Assembly: GCA_947175555.1 (NCBI GenBank)
Contig: CAMWNK010000003.1
Location: forward strand, 4,540-68,539
DNA from: an uncultured Clostridia bacterium
GTDB lineage: Bacteria > Bacillota > Clostridia > Christensenellales > UBA3700
Length of the DNA stretch: 64,000 bases
Direction: 5' to 3'
The notes beneath the pieces are model-generated. The model had not been told where the DNA came from. It saw only the letters and a list, made by a program, of their open reading frames with translations, and did not search any database. Within the stretch, counting starts at the first letter, position 1, and every line of letters starts with the position of its first letter. Shown piece by piece: positions 29,801-44,800 of this stretch. Both the position numbers and the translations under genes were made by a program.

Positions 29801-32800
29801 AATTGCCATTCACCAACAGATCGTTTATGGTGTATCCTGCCGCACTTGCAGAACTCTTGCCTACTGCGATGTAATCCACGCTCATACCCGAAGAGGATAT
29901 ATTGTTGCGCGAGTAGTAAGGCAGTACGCTATACTTAACAGCTCCGTCGAAGTTATCCCAGCTGATTATATAGTTGCCGCTACCTGCCGACGCGCCTACT
30001 TTAGGTATGAAGTTGGCATTGATTGCTCCATAGCTGTTGGCTGCGCCTCTTGCTACAAGAGCATAGCTGTCTACGGCAGGAGTTTCGGGCTCTTCGGCCT
30101 CTTTAACATTGCCGTAGCAGTTGACTACGATATAATAACCGTAATAGTCGTCCGCGCTGTTTGCATTACCGATTGAAGGCGCGGGAGCGCTCAATCCCGA
30201 TGCGAACATCGTCTGATATCTGCCCATTGCGCTGATAGCAGCCGTAAACAACGGAGTGGTATCTATCTCTACGGAAATCTCGGTGCCGGGCTTAATGCCG
30301 TCGCCGTTGATACCGAGAGTATCGTATCCCTCGACTCTGCCTGCGCCTACGACAGTAGCCTTGCCTGTCTCGACAGCATTCGACATAGGAATTCTTGCGC
30401 CTGTGCCCGTGGACACGAGATAAATCTCATACGCCACTACGCCTTCGAGAGCAAGCCAGCTTGCACGAGTCTTGTTGAGTCCGATATACTCGAGTTTTAC
30501 GGTGTCAAGCACCTGCAATCCCTTATCCTGAGTATCCTTTATTATATCTTCTGCCTCATGAGCCGTTACGTCGGCGTGAGCGGACAGATCGATATCGGAG
30601 GTGCTCTCCGCAACGACTCTGCGCGCGGGCCTTCCGTCGGATAAGGTATAGTCGAAGTATGCCGTAATGCTTACTCTCATGCGGTTGACTACTTTATCGC
30701 GAGTAAGCAGGTAGCTTGTATCTACGACATTGTTGCCATTTAAGAACTCGCTGCCCTTTATGCTTACTATCTCTGCATTATTGTCGGCGTTGACTACGGT
30801 GAAGTCATATTTAATCTGCTCTCCGCCGAACTCTCTGGCTTCCCAAGACAATATCATGTTGCCTCGATCGTCTGCCTCGTAGCTTACCTCGGGCTTATAC
30901 TGACCGGTAATCTTAGCTGCCAAGTCGTATATCTCGTTGATTATCATCCTATCGAAGTTATACTCCGCCCTGAGTACGGGAAGCGGTATGCCGAGGATGC
31001 TGAATCCGGACAAATCGAGGTATATATACGAGTTGCCGTTGGAATTGGACCTACCGAACACGCTGATGATAGACTCGCCTGCGTCGATACGGAACTCGCC
31101 GTAATTCTTGCCGCCAACGTTGACTGCGGGGAATATTATATCCTTACCCGCTTTTATGTCGAGCAACAGCAAGCTGTCGTTGTAGGCATTGGGCGAAATC
31201 CTCGCGCTCAACTCCAAGGTGAGCGTAATCTCGGTATTCTGATTGAACGTCCAATACAGGTGCGTATCGCCGAGTATATCCAATCCAAAGCTCTTGATAA
31301 GCTCTGCAAGGTCATAAGTACCCGCGTTGAACGCTACGGTTATATCTACCGCAAGAGAGGACGTCGACAATGCGCTGAATATAGCATTGGCTATTCTTCC
31401 CGCAGGATCGCCTACGCCGAGGTCTACTACGGTAACATTGCCTATTGCATTCAACGACTTCTGAATAACAGTGTCGGGATCGGATATACCCGTGGTGCTG
31501 TCTATGCTGTACAGCTTAGGCGACATGCCGAGTCCCAGCGTCGCGCCGAGGACGAGATTGTTAACAACCGCTCCCGTCTCACCCTGCTTGAGGACGAGGT
31601 TGATCTTAGCCTCTGCGTTGCCGTTGAATATATCTATATTGGCATCAAGCGAATCGATAGGATCCGTATTAATGCTGATATCTTTAAGTACGGTAGAGAG
31701 CAACGTATCCAATATCTCGCTCGTAATGTCGAGTCTGATAATGGAATTGTGCAACGACAGGGCGTTAAGTATCGATGCGATAACGCCGTTGGTACCTCTG
31801 TTGCCTACGGCTATAAGTACGTCGTCTGCATTGTACGCCTCAACCTTTACATTGTAAGGCTTGCCGTAAACGGCTGCATCGGATACGAATTCGTACTCGT
31901 TAGCGCTCAAAGTTACCTGCGTCTCGCTGCCGTCGTCTGCGGGCATGGTCAACACGTACTTGACTGCGCCGTCCACCGCGCCCCACTTCAGAGTAGATAT
32001 TCTGCTACCGTCATTGTCGTAGGAATTAACCACGCGTACGCTTATTGCAGGCATGGTATCTCCGCCGAGCACGCTGTCGCCTATAGAAGGAGTATCTCCC
32101 GCTACATCGTCGTTACCGGTCTTGCTATCGGTCTTGGGATTGAGCAATCCGTCTATAATCTTGCTGATGTCTATCTCGATATCGCCGATGAGACCGTCAA
32201 TCAAACCGAACAGCTCTTCCTGCAAAGATACGATGTACTCGAGATTGCGTATTTCGTATGCTCTCAGACCTATAGCGCGCATATCCACTACCAACTTGTT
32301 GTTGTAGATATACAGGGCAAACAGCACATCCTTATTATTTCCGCCGATTACAGAGCTAAGCTGTATTACGATATTGGTATCGGCAGGGCTGTTCTTGTCT
32401 ACGTTCAACATTATATCGAGCGCGACGGTTGTGGCATCCGTGCTCAAACGCAAGTCGAGCGCATCGGTAAGCTCGCTGACGGATATTCCCGTAGAGCCGA
32501 GCAACAAGTTGCCCACCATTACAGACAATACCTCGGATACGCTGAAGCCATCCACCTCGCTGAAGTCGAGCGCAATGCTCAGGCTGAGGTTATATATCTT
32601 ATCAAGCAATCCTGCAATGAGCTTGGAGCCGTACTCTTCCTTAGCCTTATCTATATCGATATCGCTAAGTATCTCGTCAATCTCTTCGGGCACTTTGTTC
32701 ATGTCGTCGGGATTGAGCAATTTCTCTGTATGAAGTTTAAGCGTTACGTTGAGAGGATTATCTATAATTCCTACAACGCTCCAGCTGCCGCCGTTGGGCG

Positions 32801-35800
32801 CAAGCACAGCCTGCGTGAATATGCTGTCAAACTCCACGTGCGCGCTATTAGTATCGCTCTTGGCTGTAGCGACCGTACTACCCGTAGCGTTCTTAATAGT
32901 CAACTCGTAACCGTTAGCCGCATCGATAGCATCCCAAGTGAACGTTACGCCCTGCGCATCGTCGTCTATAACGTAGCCGACGTTGTTGCACGCCACGTTG
33001 ACGGGTGTAAAGTCGGTTCCGAACAAGTCGCCTTGCAGCTTGAGCGTAAGCGCTTCTTTAGCCTGCCACTCGCCCACCAATCTGAGATCGAACAATCCGA
33101 GGATATCGGTTATCGATGCTATAGTAGAGTTGCCGGAGAGGAAGCTGGACAGCAGCGACGCAACGGCCTTAGTCGTAACTTCTACCTGCAACTTATCCGA
33201 AGAAATACCGAGCATGATAAGATGTCTCATATCAAGCGTATCGATATCGTCGGCAAGACTTACCCTGCGCTCTTGCGCGCTTTCGCCGCAGACCTTGCTG
33301 TCCTTAGCGATTTCCGCGCCCGTAGCGTCGAGAGCCGTAACTTCCACCATGTAGTGTCTGTCGGTACCGACAAGGGACGTAATATCCGCTCTCGTCGCGC
33401 CGGCTTGAACGGTTACGAATCCTGCGCTCGTCCAAGACATGCTGTCTGCAGCGTATACAGGTTTGAATACTTCTACCTTATACTCGTCGGACTTGCTGTA
33501 GTTATTCCACAATGCATAGGTGTTGCCGTCTGCATTTCCTTCCACGTTGACCGACAGTCCTTTGCCAAGTATCGAGAAATCGAAGTCCTTGAACAGATTG
33601 TCAATCATATCGGTAAGCACCTGGTGTACGTCTATATCGAAGGTATAGCAAGGCATCTGAATACCGAGCAACGTGATATTGCTCAAGTCGACGAAAGCCT
33701 TACCGTCCTGATAATACAATCCAAGCAACGTACCTGCGTTGATGACGCCTATAGTCGTACCGTCAGCCTCGTTAAGCGACAATCCGCTGCTGGAGAGCTC
33801 GAGTACGAACTTGGTATCCTCCGCGTTTACGCCGAGACTGAAGAGCAACTTAAGCTCTATAGTAAATCTCAAGTCATCGGTAAGAGTCCATACGATACCC
33901 GACTCATCCAATCCCTCGACGTTAAGATTGAGCTTTTCGAGCAGATTGTTGATAAGCGAGCTGATATTATACGAGCCCCTTGCTATGAATATATCAAGCG
34001 AAGCCTCGAGTCTGATGACCGAGAGCAGTCCTTCTACAAACTGCTGTATGCTTGCGCCGTTTATCTCATTGATAGAAGGTATCTCGGGCGCGATGGTATA
34101 GTCGCCGAACTCGCCGAACTCCACCAAAATTCCGTTATCCTTCATTGCCTCGACGGCTTTATCTCTGCCATCGCCGCCTGTGGTAAGTGTAAGACCTATT
34201 ACCGCAGTATTTACGCTATCGAATATAGCAGTTACTCTATAGCGCAATTCCTTGCTCAACAGCCAAGGGTAAGCAGTAGCGTCTACGCTGTAGCTTGCTC
34301 TGTTGCCGCTGACAGTGATATCGAAATCGTGTACCTGCACGGTATCTATCTTATCCTTGCCGTTGATATCGGTAATATCGATTTCATAATAATCGGCATC
34401 GGCTACGACATCCCATCCAAGCTCTACGGAAGCAGTATCCTTGGTCAGCGTAATATTATCGGCTATGACAGATCTCTCTCCGTCGCTTACGGTAAAGTCG
34501 AGATTGCCTATACCGTCGAAGAGGTCGATATCGAGCACAACACTTGCCCAGTCGAAGTTGATGCCAAGCGTACCTGCGAGCAACTTGTTGATAGTCGCCG
34601 CGGTTGCGGTAAGGCTTATTCTGTCATTCTTAATCTTAACCATACTCAGTATGCTCTTGAGCACGCTGAAGTTGGTATAACCTCCGTTGATGACCAAGCC
34701 GTCTTCGTTATATACAGGCTCTACGGAATCCGCGCCGTACTTACGTACCGCCTCTACTACTAAATAGTAATATCCCGACTGCAAGACTCCGTCGAAAGGC
34801 GACATAGAATCTTTAATCAATCCTATCTTATTAAGAGCTTCTGTATTGAACGTAACGCTCGTGCCTCTTATGGTATTGCAGATATCCAGTCCTTCGGGCA
34901 TGAATTCGGCTTCCCTAATGAGGTTGGTCTTGTTTGCGAGATCGTATCCCGAGTACAGCATGAGTCTGTATCTCATAGCCGTAGGTACGCTATCCCACGA
35001 GAACGTCGTCGTACCGGCGTTGGCATCCGTGCTCACTCTTACGGCAATGCTGTGCGTACCCGCAGGCAAGTTGCCCTTTTCGGCAGAGCTGTCGAGGCTG
35101 ACTGTCTCATCGCTCTGAGCGGGAGTCTTATCGACGAGCCCGTAAAGCATGTCGAGGAGTCCGTCCATGTCGGTAGCGTCGCGCAATCCCTTGATGGCGT
35201 TGTTAAGCGTATCGAACAAGCCTTGGAACAACTGAGCGCCCTCGATAGCATATCTTCCCAGCGCAATTCCCGTCGCGTCGATGATGACCTTACCTTGATG
35301 CAGATATATGCCGAGTAAGTTGCTCTTTCCGCCGCGCATATCGTTGAGAGCGATAGCGATAACGGTATTGTCGACAGAGGACAAATCTATACCGATATTG
35401 AGTGCAAGTTGCAGGTCGAGACCGGACAACTCAAGCATTATATCCTCGGTAATGCGCATATCCTTGATCTGGTCAATCTGCGCAAATACGGCGTTGAGCA
35501 CATTTCTGAGGTTGAGCGCGGTATCGCCGGTAACCTTGATGTCCAATGTCGCAGACAGATTGAGCATCTTATCAAGCAAGCCGTCTACGATATTGCTATA
35601 TGCCATATCCTTCTTCTGAGCAAGAATATTCCATACAGCGTCGTCTGCAAGCGACTGCTTAAACGCATCGGCGTTAGCACCGTTGTAGATATCGAATACG
35701 CTCAGCGCTATCTCGCCCGAAGCGTTAGTGCCGCCGTATGCCTCGCCGAGATTGCTCTCGAAGCTGAGCGAGAGCCAATCTTGATTGGGCTTGAGCGTGA

Positions 35801-38800
35801 GGTCGATTACCGCATCGTAACCGCCGAGCGCGCCATCGAGATTGAGCGCCTGCAAGATTGCCTGAATAGCATCAAGCGACAGCTTAATATTTATCTGATC
35901 TCTCGATATTCCCATGAGGAATAACTCGTTGACGCCAAGGTCGTTGATACCCGCTACGGTACTGATTGCCGCCTGCGAAACCTTGTATGTTACGCGACCG
36001 ATATAATCGTTAACAGCGCAAGCCGTCTCGCCCGATTTCTTATAAGGCGTAACGTCTATCACCTCGCCGCCGACGAGATTGTCAATCGCAACGGAGGTGT
36101 CTTCGGTATCGATATATTTCACTCCGTTGACACTTACCGTATAGTACTGAGCACCGCTTATACGGTCCCAAGCGAATATGGCTCTGCCGTTTTCGCCGTA
36201 CGATGTATATATGTCGAAAGCATTGGTATATCTACCCGTGCGTCCGCCCATCGCTACGTAGTTATCGTTTCCTTCAACGGTCTTCTTAACCATAGGAATG
36301 ATTTCTACGGTGTAGACATCCGTCAAATCCGCCTTATCGAGCGTGTAGGAGAACTTACCGTTGACTTCGCTATCGGCAAGCAGCATCGCTACCTTATTGC
36401 CGTTGACGTTGACGACGTAAGCGTCTGCTCCGTCAACTTTATTCCATACCAAGTTGGTCTCGGTATCGCTATACTCTGCATTGACAGCGAACTCACCGAA
36501 GATCATGCTGTCCAGTCCGCCTATCAACTTGTTAAGCACATAGTTGATAAAGCCTTGAATATTGAAGTTAGCGGTATAATATACAGGCAACTCTATACCC
36601 AAAAGCGTAAGCGAACTCAAATCAACGTACAGCTCCGAGCCCTTGATATATATGCCGAGTATTCTGTCTCCGCCGTGGAATACGATATTATCCTGTCCGT
36701 CCACAGCTCCGAATACGGCGTCGGAGTTCATAACCACTTCAAGCATAATAGCCGTATTATTGTGATTATCGTAATCGAATGCCGCCTTAGCTATGAGCGA
36801 AGCGTCAAGTCTCATATTGCCGCCGCTTATAATCAATTCAAAAGCGTTGGCGTCGGCAATATTTATACCGAATCCGGTGAGCAGATCGCCTATACCGAAT
36901 ACACCCTCGGGCAACTGCAACTTCACGTCAAGCTGCAAGCTCATGCCGCCGAGCACATCCAATACGGTCTGAGCCAACGTCTTACCGCTTGAGAAATCAA
37001 GCTCTACAGCAGTGCTCTGAGCGTGCTGTATCGCATCTGCAAGCGTAGTCGTTTCATCTATACCGTTCTCGGCAATGGAAAGTCCCAATCCTACGGTAAG
37101 CGCCTTGCCGTCATAATCGTAAATGTTAGCATTGAGCTCTGCCTTTCCGTTAATCAGATAGATAGCGCCGTCAACGCCCACTACGTCGAGGTGCACGCCC
37201 ATCAAGCTGTACAGCAAGGAATCGATTGTATCCGTGCCCGCCTCAAGCGCAATGGAAGAATTGTGCAATCTTACTATCTTAGCTACGCTCTTAATCAATT
37301 CCGCAATATCAAGCGAATTAGATTCAGCCGTCGCTGCAGGAGCAAGAGCGACATTGCTTGCCGCGCTCGCCGCCTTAGGCGCAATATTGATAATAGTATT
37401 CAAATCAAAATCAATACCCGACAGCAGCTTATTGAGCGTATCCGACAGTATATTCATTACGGCAGAATTGCTTACCTTGATTATGTTTACGTTGTGGAGC
37501 AATGCAGACAGATCCGCATACAAATCACCCGAATCGACGTAAAGCGCAATTATCTTATTGTTAACGTCGTTGCCGAGATAATTCTTGTATACAGAATCTA
37601 TACGTATCATTGCAGAAAGCGCGGACAAGTCGTCAACCTTGCCGTTGAGCGTGATAGTCAGCTCGAGACGATCGAGGTCGGATACGTCTATGTTAAACGC
37701 CTTTTGACTGTCTAATCCTTGACTTCCCGTAGCAAGCATACCTATCAACTGCGACAAAAGTCTTGATATATTGAACTTATCCGCATCGCTATGCGCGCTT
37801 ATGCTCAACTTAATCGTGCTATTGAGCACCTTATTGAGTATCGCATCGACTACTTTGCTTGTGCTGTCGGCGTATCTGCTATCCGCATTTTTAGCCATTG
37901 CAAGCATGTCTTGGCGCTCCTTATCGGCAGACTGCTCGGCATCTCCTTGCAACTTCACGCCGAGCGTGAGCGCAGCGTTGAATCCGATAACGGGCGTAGC
38001 CGCTCCATTGTGCTCTATCGCTATCTTAAGCAATCCGTTCTGCACTCCGGTAGTAGCGACTATATCCCAGTCGAGGTTGAGCGCGGTCAAGTCGATTAAG
38101 CCCATTTCGTTAAGCAGCGACATTACCGCCTTGATACCGATATTGAAAGTAATATCCTGACCGATGACGATACTGCCGTCGGTATTATTAGCCAATGCCA
38201 TGGCGGAATTATTCTGAGTTACGACTCCGCTGTTGTCATCGGTTACGGTATCGTCTGTGCCGATTACCTTATCAACGGCTTGCTTGATATCGCCGACAAT
38301 GCTCGACAGATAGGACATTACGTTGAAGTTATCCGCACGCAGTATCGGCAAGGTAAGTCCGAGTATATGTACCGCGGAAAGGTCTATATAGAGCTTGCCG
38401 CCCTTAATAATAAGGTAAATGCCATCGCCTTCCTTGATAATAACCTCGCGGTTGCTATCGGATACGTCATATCCTATAGTCAAATCCTTACCCGCAATAA
38501 TTCCAACTACGACAGAGCTGTTCTTCTCGTCGATTTGCTCTTGAGAATCAACCGTTACGGTCTTGATATCCGTAGCCAATTTAAGTTTAAGGTTGATATC
38601 CGTTGCGGTATCAAGCTGCCAGCGGAAACCTTCTGCGCCAAGAGCTTCGAATACGTCGTTAATCGCTCCGTCCGCCTTAACAACGGAAGTCAAGATTACT
38701 CCGAGCACATCCCAGAGGTTGACGTTGTTATTGCCGCTGAAGTTGACGTCCAACTCCAAGGACAAATCGAGTCCGTTGAGCAGATCGGCTATACTGCCTA

Positions 38801-41800
38801 CCATATTGCTCAAATCAATCGCAATTCCGTCAAACGAATTAACTCTGCCCGTGAGGTCGGTAGTAAGAGCGGTAAGCTCGGCATTAGTCATCGTATTGAT
38901 AGACAATCCCAACGACAGCGTAATAGCCTTGTCTGCATTATCCTTAAGGCTTACATTAATCTGAGCCTCTCCGTTGAATATATCGATGTCTCCGTCAAGT
39001 TCGATGTTGAGGGAGATGGAGAAGAATTGGTTGAGCAATCCTTTAATCATCTCGCTCGTAGCATACAGCTTAACTACGGAGTCGTTAAGAGCTACCATAT
39101 CGATAATAGCAGCTATCAAAGACGAGGTATCTATCCTCATACCCGCCTTGGCAGCATTATCGGATGCTCCGTTATCGGCATAAGCTGCTACGTTGCTTTG
39201 CTGACTGCCGATGCCGAGCAAGCCGTTGAGCGTCTCTTCTATATCGATTTCGATATTACCGATTAAGCCGTCGAGCATACTCTTGATATTGGCGGTAAGC
39301 GGGGTGCGGCTATCCGTAACTTTAATTACGCCTGCGCCTATTCCCGACAGGTCGAGATATACGTCCCCGTCTTTAACTACCAGAGCTATCAGCTCTCTGC
39401 CGATATAATTAAGCTGCAAAAGCATCGCTACGTTTTCGAAATCAGAATACGAGCCGCTTGTGGTCAGCTTAAGCTCAAGCAACTTATTACCGCTATTATT
39501 ATTGATAATAGTATCCAAGTTGAGCGAAGACAAATCTATCTTGTCCCCGATAAACATATTGAGTACGTCAATGATGTCGAAGTCCTGCTCCGCCGCCAAA
39601 TCGATATACAAGCTGAACGAGGTATTGAACAGCGAATCGAGCAATCCCGATATCAGCTTGCTGCCTGCGTTATCGGCGGAAGCAATGAATGCGGCATATT
39701 TATCACCGATATTGAGGTTCTTGACAGCCGCGCCGGAATCCATATACAGCTTAAGCGAAAGCTCTAAAGTAGAGTCGCTGCCGACGTATCCCTCGGGCTT
39801 AATCAAGTCGCCTACAACCTTAAGCAATATTCCGGTAACGCCGTCTATATTGCCTATCTCGCCGAATATGGTGAGGTCGAGGTCGGGCAAATCAATGTCG
39901 ATTTTATCGCCGAATACGAGTTTTATTATTGACAGCAACGCCTGAGATGTCATCATCAGACTCAGCTTATCCTTAGATATCATCAAGGATACGTCTTCGC
40001 CCTGAGCTCTCGCCATCTGCGCTTGACTGTCGTTGAGCTCGAAAGTAAGCTCGCCGTCGACTATCTTAGCGTAATAGATAGCGCTGGCATATGCGTTGCC
40101 CATAGTATCGAGTACGTTTAAGGTAACGTTGTCGCCGTCCTTCAATCCTGTTACGTCTATAGCAGCAGACGTCGTATTGCTTCCGAGTTTAACCTCTTCG
40201 GACGCGTCCGCTCCCATCCTATTAACTACATAGCTGTATTCCTCGGCGCCGATATAGCTGTTCCACTTGAGGTTAAGCACCGAAGTACCGCCTGTGGTTA
40301 CTACTGTGGAATTAGCAGTATCAATAACCAATCCGTTGGGATTGTACTGTCCGCCGATAAGCTGCTCCAACTTCAGTAGATAACCGTTAAGGAAACCGAA
40401 GAAATCAAAGCCTTCCGCCCTATACTTAGGCAGCGTCAAGCCGAGTATGCTGATACCCGACAAGTCTATTGACAATCCCTCGTAATTAAGGAATACGTCT
40501 ATTGAAGAATTGGGCTTGATAGCAACGTCATTGCCGAGCACAAGACCTTGAGGGAAACCTATGCTCAACATTATCTGCGGAGCCTTAAGCATACCCTGAG
40601 GGAGCTTCTTCTGCGCTTCTGTGCTCAGCTTCGTAACGTCGTCCAAAGCAATGGCAAGTTTCAGCTCAGCCTTGACAGACGTATCTTTCTCGAACGTCCA
40701 TACAGGTCCGGACTCAAGCATCTTGGAAATATTCTCGCCGAACATCGCAAACAGCTTGCTGAGGTTGTAACTACCCTTTACGAACTTGAGCTCAAACTCC
40801 GCGCCAAGCATTACACCTTCGTCAAAGATATCCCATATACCCTTAACGACGTTGCCGCCGTATGCAAAGTCTATCTCCGAATAGCCCGAATTGGGCGCGT
40901 TCATATCATCTACCTTTGCGGCAAGTTCTGCCGTATCGGTAGGAGAAATAGCTATGCCTGCGCTAATAGATATATTACCTGCATCCGAACTTACCGAATC
41001 ATAGATATTCAATACCAAATCCGCTGTACCGGTAAATATATTTACATCCTTAAGAGCTACGTCGAGTATCTCTATTCTGAAATTCTCGCCTACGAGATTG
41101 GCAAGTATGTCTCCGAATACCTTTCCGGTAATCTCAAGACCGATTATGCCGTTGTTGATAGTAAGTCCCGACAGCAGAGCATCTATTATGTTATAGCTGG
41201 TCCTCGATACTCCCTCGGTAATCTTATTGCCTTGCGCATCGTATGCAACTACAGTAATGGCATAGTTCTTGTACTCGTTATACCACTTGGTTGTAAGATT
41301 GCCGCCTGCGGACACTCTCGTCGTCCACTCTGCGGTAGCAGCGCCCGACAAGGAGAGAGATACTTCGTAATAGGCAGCTTTGTCCACGCTGCTCCAAGAT
41401 ACCGACTTGGCTACGCCGTTGATAGCGACGTCTATAGCCGCGGGACCTTGAGGCACATCGGACTCAACCTTAGTAACGACGAAAGTGAAGTTTTCTACCG
41501 TTATATCGGAGCTTGCGCCTACGCTCTCCTTAGGAATATATACTCTTACGTTATAAGATACGACGCCTGTTGCATCGGCAGTGAGCTTGAACACTCCGCC
41601 ATCTATTACGGCAGAAGTTACGTCTACTTCCTTGCTCTGTCCGTCTGCGCCTATCTGCTGCAATACATATCTATAATTGGCGTCGAATATGTTCCAAGAT
41701 ATATGCGTAGACTTGACGTCGTCGGTATACTCGGCTTTAGCATTGTAATCGAATGCGCTTGCCGTCGTAGTTGCGGATACGATTATCTTTTCGTTGCCGT

Positions 41801-44800
41801 CTTTAACCGTGCATACGTCGACTCTGTAATGGCTGTAGTTACTATCGCCATCAATGATAGTGAACCTGCCGTCGACGAAGATTGCAGCATCTTTATGCGT
41901 TACTCCCAATGCAATAGCATCGATGCGGTCAGCCGCGCCGCCCACGCCGGGCGTTACTCCATATACATTATAATATATATCGTTGGCGCTGCCGTATCTG
42001 TTCCACACTATCGTAGTGCCTATGTTATCGGACGTAACAGCCTTGAGCGATATGGATTTACTTACGTCGAGCAAGCTGTCGAGATTGAGCAATCCCTTAA
42101 GGCTTATGCTCTCGCTGAATCCGTCAAGCAAGTCCGTAAGCATACCCATAATGCCTGTATTGCTTACCTTATACTTGCCAAGTCCCAGTACGTTAAGGTC
42201 TATGTATGCGTTGTTTTGATCGAGATACAGGCTGAACAACACGTCCGCGCTGCCCGTCTCGCCGGCGATCAATTCAATGCCGAGTATAGGCTTATTGCTA
42301 TCGGACATAGCCAGCTTGATATTTAACGTAGCCTCGAGTGAATCCGTACCGATACTTCCGTCAAGCTCCAAGTCGGACAAACTCACGTTGACCTTTAAGG
42401 TGTCAAGCAAATAGTCAACGAGCTTAAGCACGTCGAGTTTTCCCTGCTTGAGCATTATTTTCATGGATATCTGAGTATCGAGCACAGCGTTAAGCAAGCC
42501 CTTGATTACGTAATCGTCGAGCTCTTGATTATTATAATCGCTGCCTATATCGTCTACTTTATCCTTTATTTCCTTCTTGCAACCTGCGATATTGACGTCT
42601 GCAAGGTCAATGCCCAAGGACAGCTTAAGATTGCTGTCTTTACCATCGACTGTAGAGAGCAGATTGGCCGTTACCTGCAAGGACAGCTGACCGTCTTTGT
42701 ATGCAATTTCTATCGGAATTTCGCCCTTTATATATTGATCTATATCGAATCCGAGATTTACGTTGAAACAGTTGAGCAACGTAAATACCGCTCCCACCGT
42801 TGCGGAGAGCTTAATCGCATCGCTGCCGAGATACAGAGCTATAGCGCCCGCATTGGATATAGCCTGCGAAGTAGAAAGCACGCCTGCGCTATCCTTGGTA
42901 ATCTCTGCAAGCGCGGCGGCAGCTTCCGCCTCGCCTTCGCCCGCGTTGGGATTACCCTTTATAGAGTTGATAACTCCGCTGAGGTCGAGACTCAAGTTGA
43001 GCTCGGGAAGCTGAGCAAGCAACGCCTCGATAGCAGAGCCTACGCCCATGTTATTGAGCTTGTAGATAGGCATCTCGAGGTTGAGTATCTTAAGGTTGGA
43101 CGCATCGAGATAGATAGCGTTCCTATATAAATATATACCTAATATAATACCTTCATCTATTAAAGCGGTTCCGCCGTTGGGATCTTCCAGATATACGGGC
43201 TCTCTTGCTACCAATTCGAGATAGAGAGCGCTGTCCATATCGGGATTGTTCTCGTCTATATACAGACCGAAGTCTAATCCAAGCGCAATCTTTGCGTTGG
43301 GATTGTCTATCTTAATCTTAATATCGCCCAGCGACAGTCCGAACATTGCCAGAAGCTGCGATATATTGTATTCTCCGCCGCTGAAAGACAAGTCGAGATT
43401 GATGCTGCCCTTAATGCCGCCGTTAAGCACGTTGTTGATGAGCTCGTTGATACTTGTCGTATATCCCGAGTCATCGCCTATGCACGAATCTATGTACGAC
43501 GCAAAATCTTGCTTTGCATCCGTGTCGCCGAACATAATAGGTTGCAGCAGCAAGAAATCGCTCAGACTCAGTCCGAGATTGATGCCGCCTATATTATGAT
43601 CTATACCTATAGATTCAAGGCCGTGTTTATTAACCTTAATAAAGAGTTTACCCTCGCCGATGTCGGGTATATTGATACCATCGGCAAGACCGGGGACAAA
43701 GCCGCCTATCGCCGTCAAAATGGAGTCGATAAGATTATTGTTGAGAGTAAGCGAAAGCTCGCCGCCGTTCGCCGAATTGGTAACGTTGACGTAGTCTCCC
43801 TCTATCTTCAATACCTTAAACAGCATGGAGATAAAGTTGCCCCATCCCGGAGAGATATATGTATTGCCCTCTTCGTCAACGGACAATGCCATTACGGAAT
43901 CGGACTGCGAAAGCAACTTGAGCGTGCTTTCCATACCCGACTTTTCTATCTTACCGTGATCGGTGCCGAACAGCTTATCTATTTCGCTTACCGCGCGCTG
44001 CTTGATTGCTCCGACAAGCTCGTTGAGATTAATGCCGCTTATCTTGATTCCCTTACCGCTCCACAGCTTGGCTATCTCGCCGTTGCCGCTTGCAGAAGGC
44101 AATTTATTAAGTATATTACCTATATTGATATACAGCGAGCCGTTCCTGTAATAGACGCCCAATATCGCATTCTCCGAGCCGTACTGACCTTTCTCAAACA
44201 GCTCTATTGCGATAAGATTGTTATCAACGTTAGGATCGGCCTGCTTGATGTCTATATCTATAATAGCATCGAGGCGGTAGCCGATATTGGCATCCAAAAG
44301 TATAAGACCTTGAGGAAGCGTACCGGGGACGAACGTATTGATCAGCGCGCCGACGTCTACGTTATTGCCCGAAGTGCTCAAGTCCAGATTGGCAGACAGC
44401 TTAATATTGCCCAAAGACCACGCTACGTAATCATTAATCTTATCGGGTACCAAAGAGAGATTGTCGCCGTCATATACGCCGTGCGTCAACTGCGCGGTAG
44501 TATATGTAAAGGTGGACTCTCCTACGGAATTATCTATGAGGTCGAGCTCGATATTGCCCGCAAGCTGACCTGCGGAGTTAATACCCGCTCTTACGATGAA
44601 GTCTACATCGGGGACGTTTTCCTTAAGCCAAGAAAGCAAAGGATTGAGATCTATGCTGCTAAGCAATCCGCCTACTACGCCGGATATGATAGGATTTTCC
44701 AACAGACCGGTAAGACCGTTGACCAACTTAAGGGGAGATATGGTGATGTCATAGTTGGTAATGCTTCCCGACGTGGTGGTATTGACAGACATAAACATGG